Source: Octopus sinensis (Eukaryota). From it: a stretch of DNA of 22,323 bases. The notes below the pieces were generated by a model. That model was given only the letters and a program-made list of their open reading frames with translations. It had not been told where the DNA came from and did not search any database. Made by a program: the position numbers and the translations under genes. Location: contig NW_021823786.1 in assembly GCF_006345805.1 (NCBI RefSeq), positions 1 through 22,323 on the forward strand, read 5' to 3'. Shown here piece by piece: positions 19,857 to 22,323 of the stretch (its first letter is position 1; every line of letters begins with the position of its first letter).

Positions 19857-19980
19857 TTGGGTTGTTCGGAAAGTTCATGCCGATTTATAGTAGCTTACCT
19901 TTCGACTTATTTTAAAACATGGTTGAGTCCATAAAATAGGATTTTACTACACCTCCATTTAGAGCACAGTTTAAGCTATC
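19857..19980 (+). mobile_element. Probable mariner-type terminal fragment
   Basis: TA followed by TTGGGTTGTTCGGAAAGTTCATGCCGATTT resembles a mariner TIR start; no partner TIR in the window. Confidence 0.4.
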
Positions 19981-20411
19981 GTGCATGCCATCAAAGTGAC
20001 ACTGGGGTAAAATATACGAAGCCTAGTATACATATCATGACTACCCGTCTGATAATCGTAAACAAGGCACATGAATCACAACCATATGTGCGTGACATGT
20101 TGATCTCATATCAAGAAAAACAGCGCATGTCCCTTGCAGGTGGGGCCCAGTTAGAATTTTCTGAAGGTCGAGTAGACCATCCCGCTCAAAAGGTCCCTGA
20201 ATAAGGGTTGTTTAAGGATGTTGAACGAACTACCCAGATTTCCAAATGTGAATTATCCAAACCTCTAAGAATTCCTTTCAACACACGGCTATGATGCTCC
20301 CCCACTACTTCTGCTGGGGATCAGAGATGCACATACTGTCAGCCACTAAGGGACATGGTCAACTGGTTAAGGCTAAACAAATGACAAGCAAATCTGTGGT
20401 ATTGAGCAGAA

Positions 20412-20415
<4 letters not shown>
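19981..20415 (-). mobile_element. (AAT)n-embedded element, copy 3 (5'-truncated by ~100 nt, 3' tip lost)
   Basis: Reverse complement matches 14832-15260. Confidence 0.85.
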
Positions 20416-20471
<56 letters not shown>

Positions 20472-20474
20472 TAC

Positions 20475-20544
<70 letters not shown>

Positions 20545-20570
20545 TGTTGTAGTAGTTGTAGTAGTAGTTA
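20416..20570. repeat. (ATT)n/(GTA)n microsatellite
   Basis: Direct reading. Confidence 0.95.
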
Positions 20571-20790
20571 GGTGGCTAGCTGGTAGAAATATTAGCACAC
20601 GGAACACAACGCTTAGCGGCAACTCGTCCGTCTTTCCGTTTTGAGTTCAGATTTTGCCGAGGAAAACTTTGCCTTTCATTCATTCGGAGTCAATAAAATT
20701 CCAGTCAAATATTCGGATCGATGTAAAACTACTACTCTCTCTCCACAAATTTCAGGCTTTGAGGCTATTGTAGAAAGGATGATTATTATT
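20570..20790 (+). mobile_element. SINE family A, tail type 2, old copy
   Basis: AGCTGGTAGAAA head, GAGTTCAGATT, tail AAATTTCAGGCTTTG...GTAGAAAGGATGATTATT. Confidence 0.75.
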
Positions 20791-20792
20791 AC

Positions 20793-21250
20793 TGAGTGAG
20801 AGAGTAATGCATGCCCACGATTAATATATAAGAACCCCATCATGACTACTCGTCTGATAAGGGTACATCAGGCACATGCATCACAACCATATGGTGATTT
20901 CACACGAGAATAAATAGCACCTGCACTTGCAGGTGAGACACAGAAATTTCTTCATGTCGAGTAACTCATCCCGCTCAAAATTTCCCTGAATAAGGTTTGT
21001 TTAAGGATGATGAATTATTCAAACCCCAAGGAATAAAACCCAAGATAAATTATTCAAACCCCAAGGAATTCCTCTCAACACATGGCTACGATGCTCGTCC
21101 ACTATTCCTGCTCATGACCAGAGATGCACATATCGTCAGCCACTAAGGGACATGCTTAACTGGTTAAGGTCAAACAACTGACAAAGCAAATCTGTGGTAT
21201 TGAGCAGAATATTTGCTGTAGCCCATCTTTTATACCAAGACAAAACATGT
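20793..21250 (-). mobile_element. (AAT)n-embedded element, copy 4 (5'-truncated by ~65 nt)
   Basis: Reverse complement matches 14796-15274 with small indels. Confidence 0.85.
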
Positions 21251-21274
21251 GTTATTATTATTATTATTATTATT

Positions 21275-21305
<31 letters not shown>

Positions 21306-21315
21306 CTGCTGCTGC

Positions 21316-21560
21316 TGTTTCCGCTTTTAGACCCCGCATTTTGGTTAAATCCATTTCCGGACTTTTATGTTTGAATACTTTAACTATTTCTTTAAAGAGA
21401 ATACATTGCCATCTATTTGGATAGTTACTTCAATCAGGAGGGAATTTCCTTCCCGATTGTTCTTGGCAACAATATCTTGTATATTGTATCGATCTCCCTG
21501 TCTCCCTAGATTGACATGTCTCAAAGTATGGTTCACTTGGTTATTCTCTGGGGTGCTTTA
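21316..21560 (-). pseudogene. Decayed restriction-like endonuclease (RLE) domain fragment of an R4/Dong-type non-LTR retrotransposon
   Basis: Frameshifted minus-strand translation: TPE...TIL*DMSI...QDIVAKNNREGNSLLIEVTIQIDGNVFSLK / EIVKVFKHKSPEMDLTKMRGLKAET. This parallels the R4-clade pattern TILWD...(P)DIV...LLIDV.IP.D.N...KE.EK..KYK.L..E...MW.LK. Confidence 0.6.
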
Positions 21561-21649
21561 TGTACTTATTCGTATTAGCCTTTCATTATCCTTCACTAGG
21601 TGCCACAATAGGATATAATGGAGACAATCAAACATACATTCATCCAATC

Positions 21650-21990
21650 ACACGTTCATTCATTCATATATGCACACCTGCATAAATACATACATACATA
21701 CATACATACATACATACATACATACATACATACATAACTATGTAATTACAGATTTGCACAAAAACCTTTAAATGCTAGTTCTTTTCGTCTAAGAAAGTGC
21801 AAAAGAATTGTTGCGCATCCTGAAAATCTATCAGTGGCACAGTATAAATTTGTAAGACTTTCTAAAGATTCCCCACACATATATGTAAAAAGTAATAATG
21901 CACACACGTGTGCGCGCGCACAAGCGCACGCACACACACACAATCATACACCGACCCACATACACACACGCACACACGCACTCACACACA
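21650..21990. repeat. (CATT), (TACA)n and (CA)/(CG) microsatellites
   Basis: Direct reading. Confidence 0.85.
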
Positions 21991-22202
21991 CAAAATATCT
22001 GTAATGTCACAAAAATGTTTGCAGAACACTTACTGTCAGAGCTTGAAGCTAAATCGTCTCCAAATTACGCCGTAGTGCCTGTCAAGAAAGAAGTTGTAGA
22101 GAGATAAAGAACAGGGTGAGTATTTCTTTCTCTGTCTACGTCTCTCTCCTTCTGGAATGCTGCAATAGAGATAGTTAAGGAAAATCAAGCTTGAAAAGAA
22201 AT

Positions 22203-22241
<39 letters not shown>

Positions 22242-22323
22242 GTGAGAGAAGAAAGTGATAGTGATGATAGTGACGATACGTTTGTGCTACGTCAAACTCA
22301 ATGTTTTTCTATTTCAATTTGCC

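Noticed and set aside
21752-21851. Open 100-nt segment between TACAG and GTAAGA as an exon
   Set aside because: Poor polypyrimidine tract, no recognisable peptide, and in-phase joining to the next candidate acceptor stops early.

Overview
AT-rich animal DNA, almost certainly intronic or intergenic, made up of microsatellites and decayed mobile elements. The SINE repertoire and repeat style suggest an octopod cephalopod (inference from pattern recognition, not a search). No intact host protein-coding gene is supported; nearly all ORFs in the track are microsatellite artefacts. Supported content: two dead Tc1/mariner transposases (a DD37D maT-type at 10760-12270 split by a SINE with a perfect 13-bp TSD, and a DD34D mariner at about 15650-16800), a non-autonomous Helitron (12725-13734), at least three tRNA-derived SINE families, four copies of a ~540-bp element embedded in (AAT)n, a decayed R4/Dong-type restriction-like endonuclease fragment, and a (GATA)n-flanked retroposon 3' end whose last 41 nt match one SINE tail. 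The most notable signal is a set of (TA)n-anchored, Penelope-like remnants. One carries a complete type I hammerhead ribozyme with an intact catalytic core (17387-17458, minus strand), several carry degenerate hammerhead cores, and several share an asymmetric fold-back architecture.
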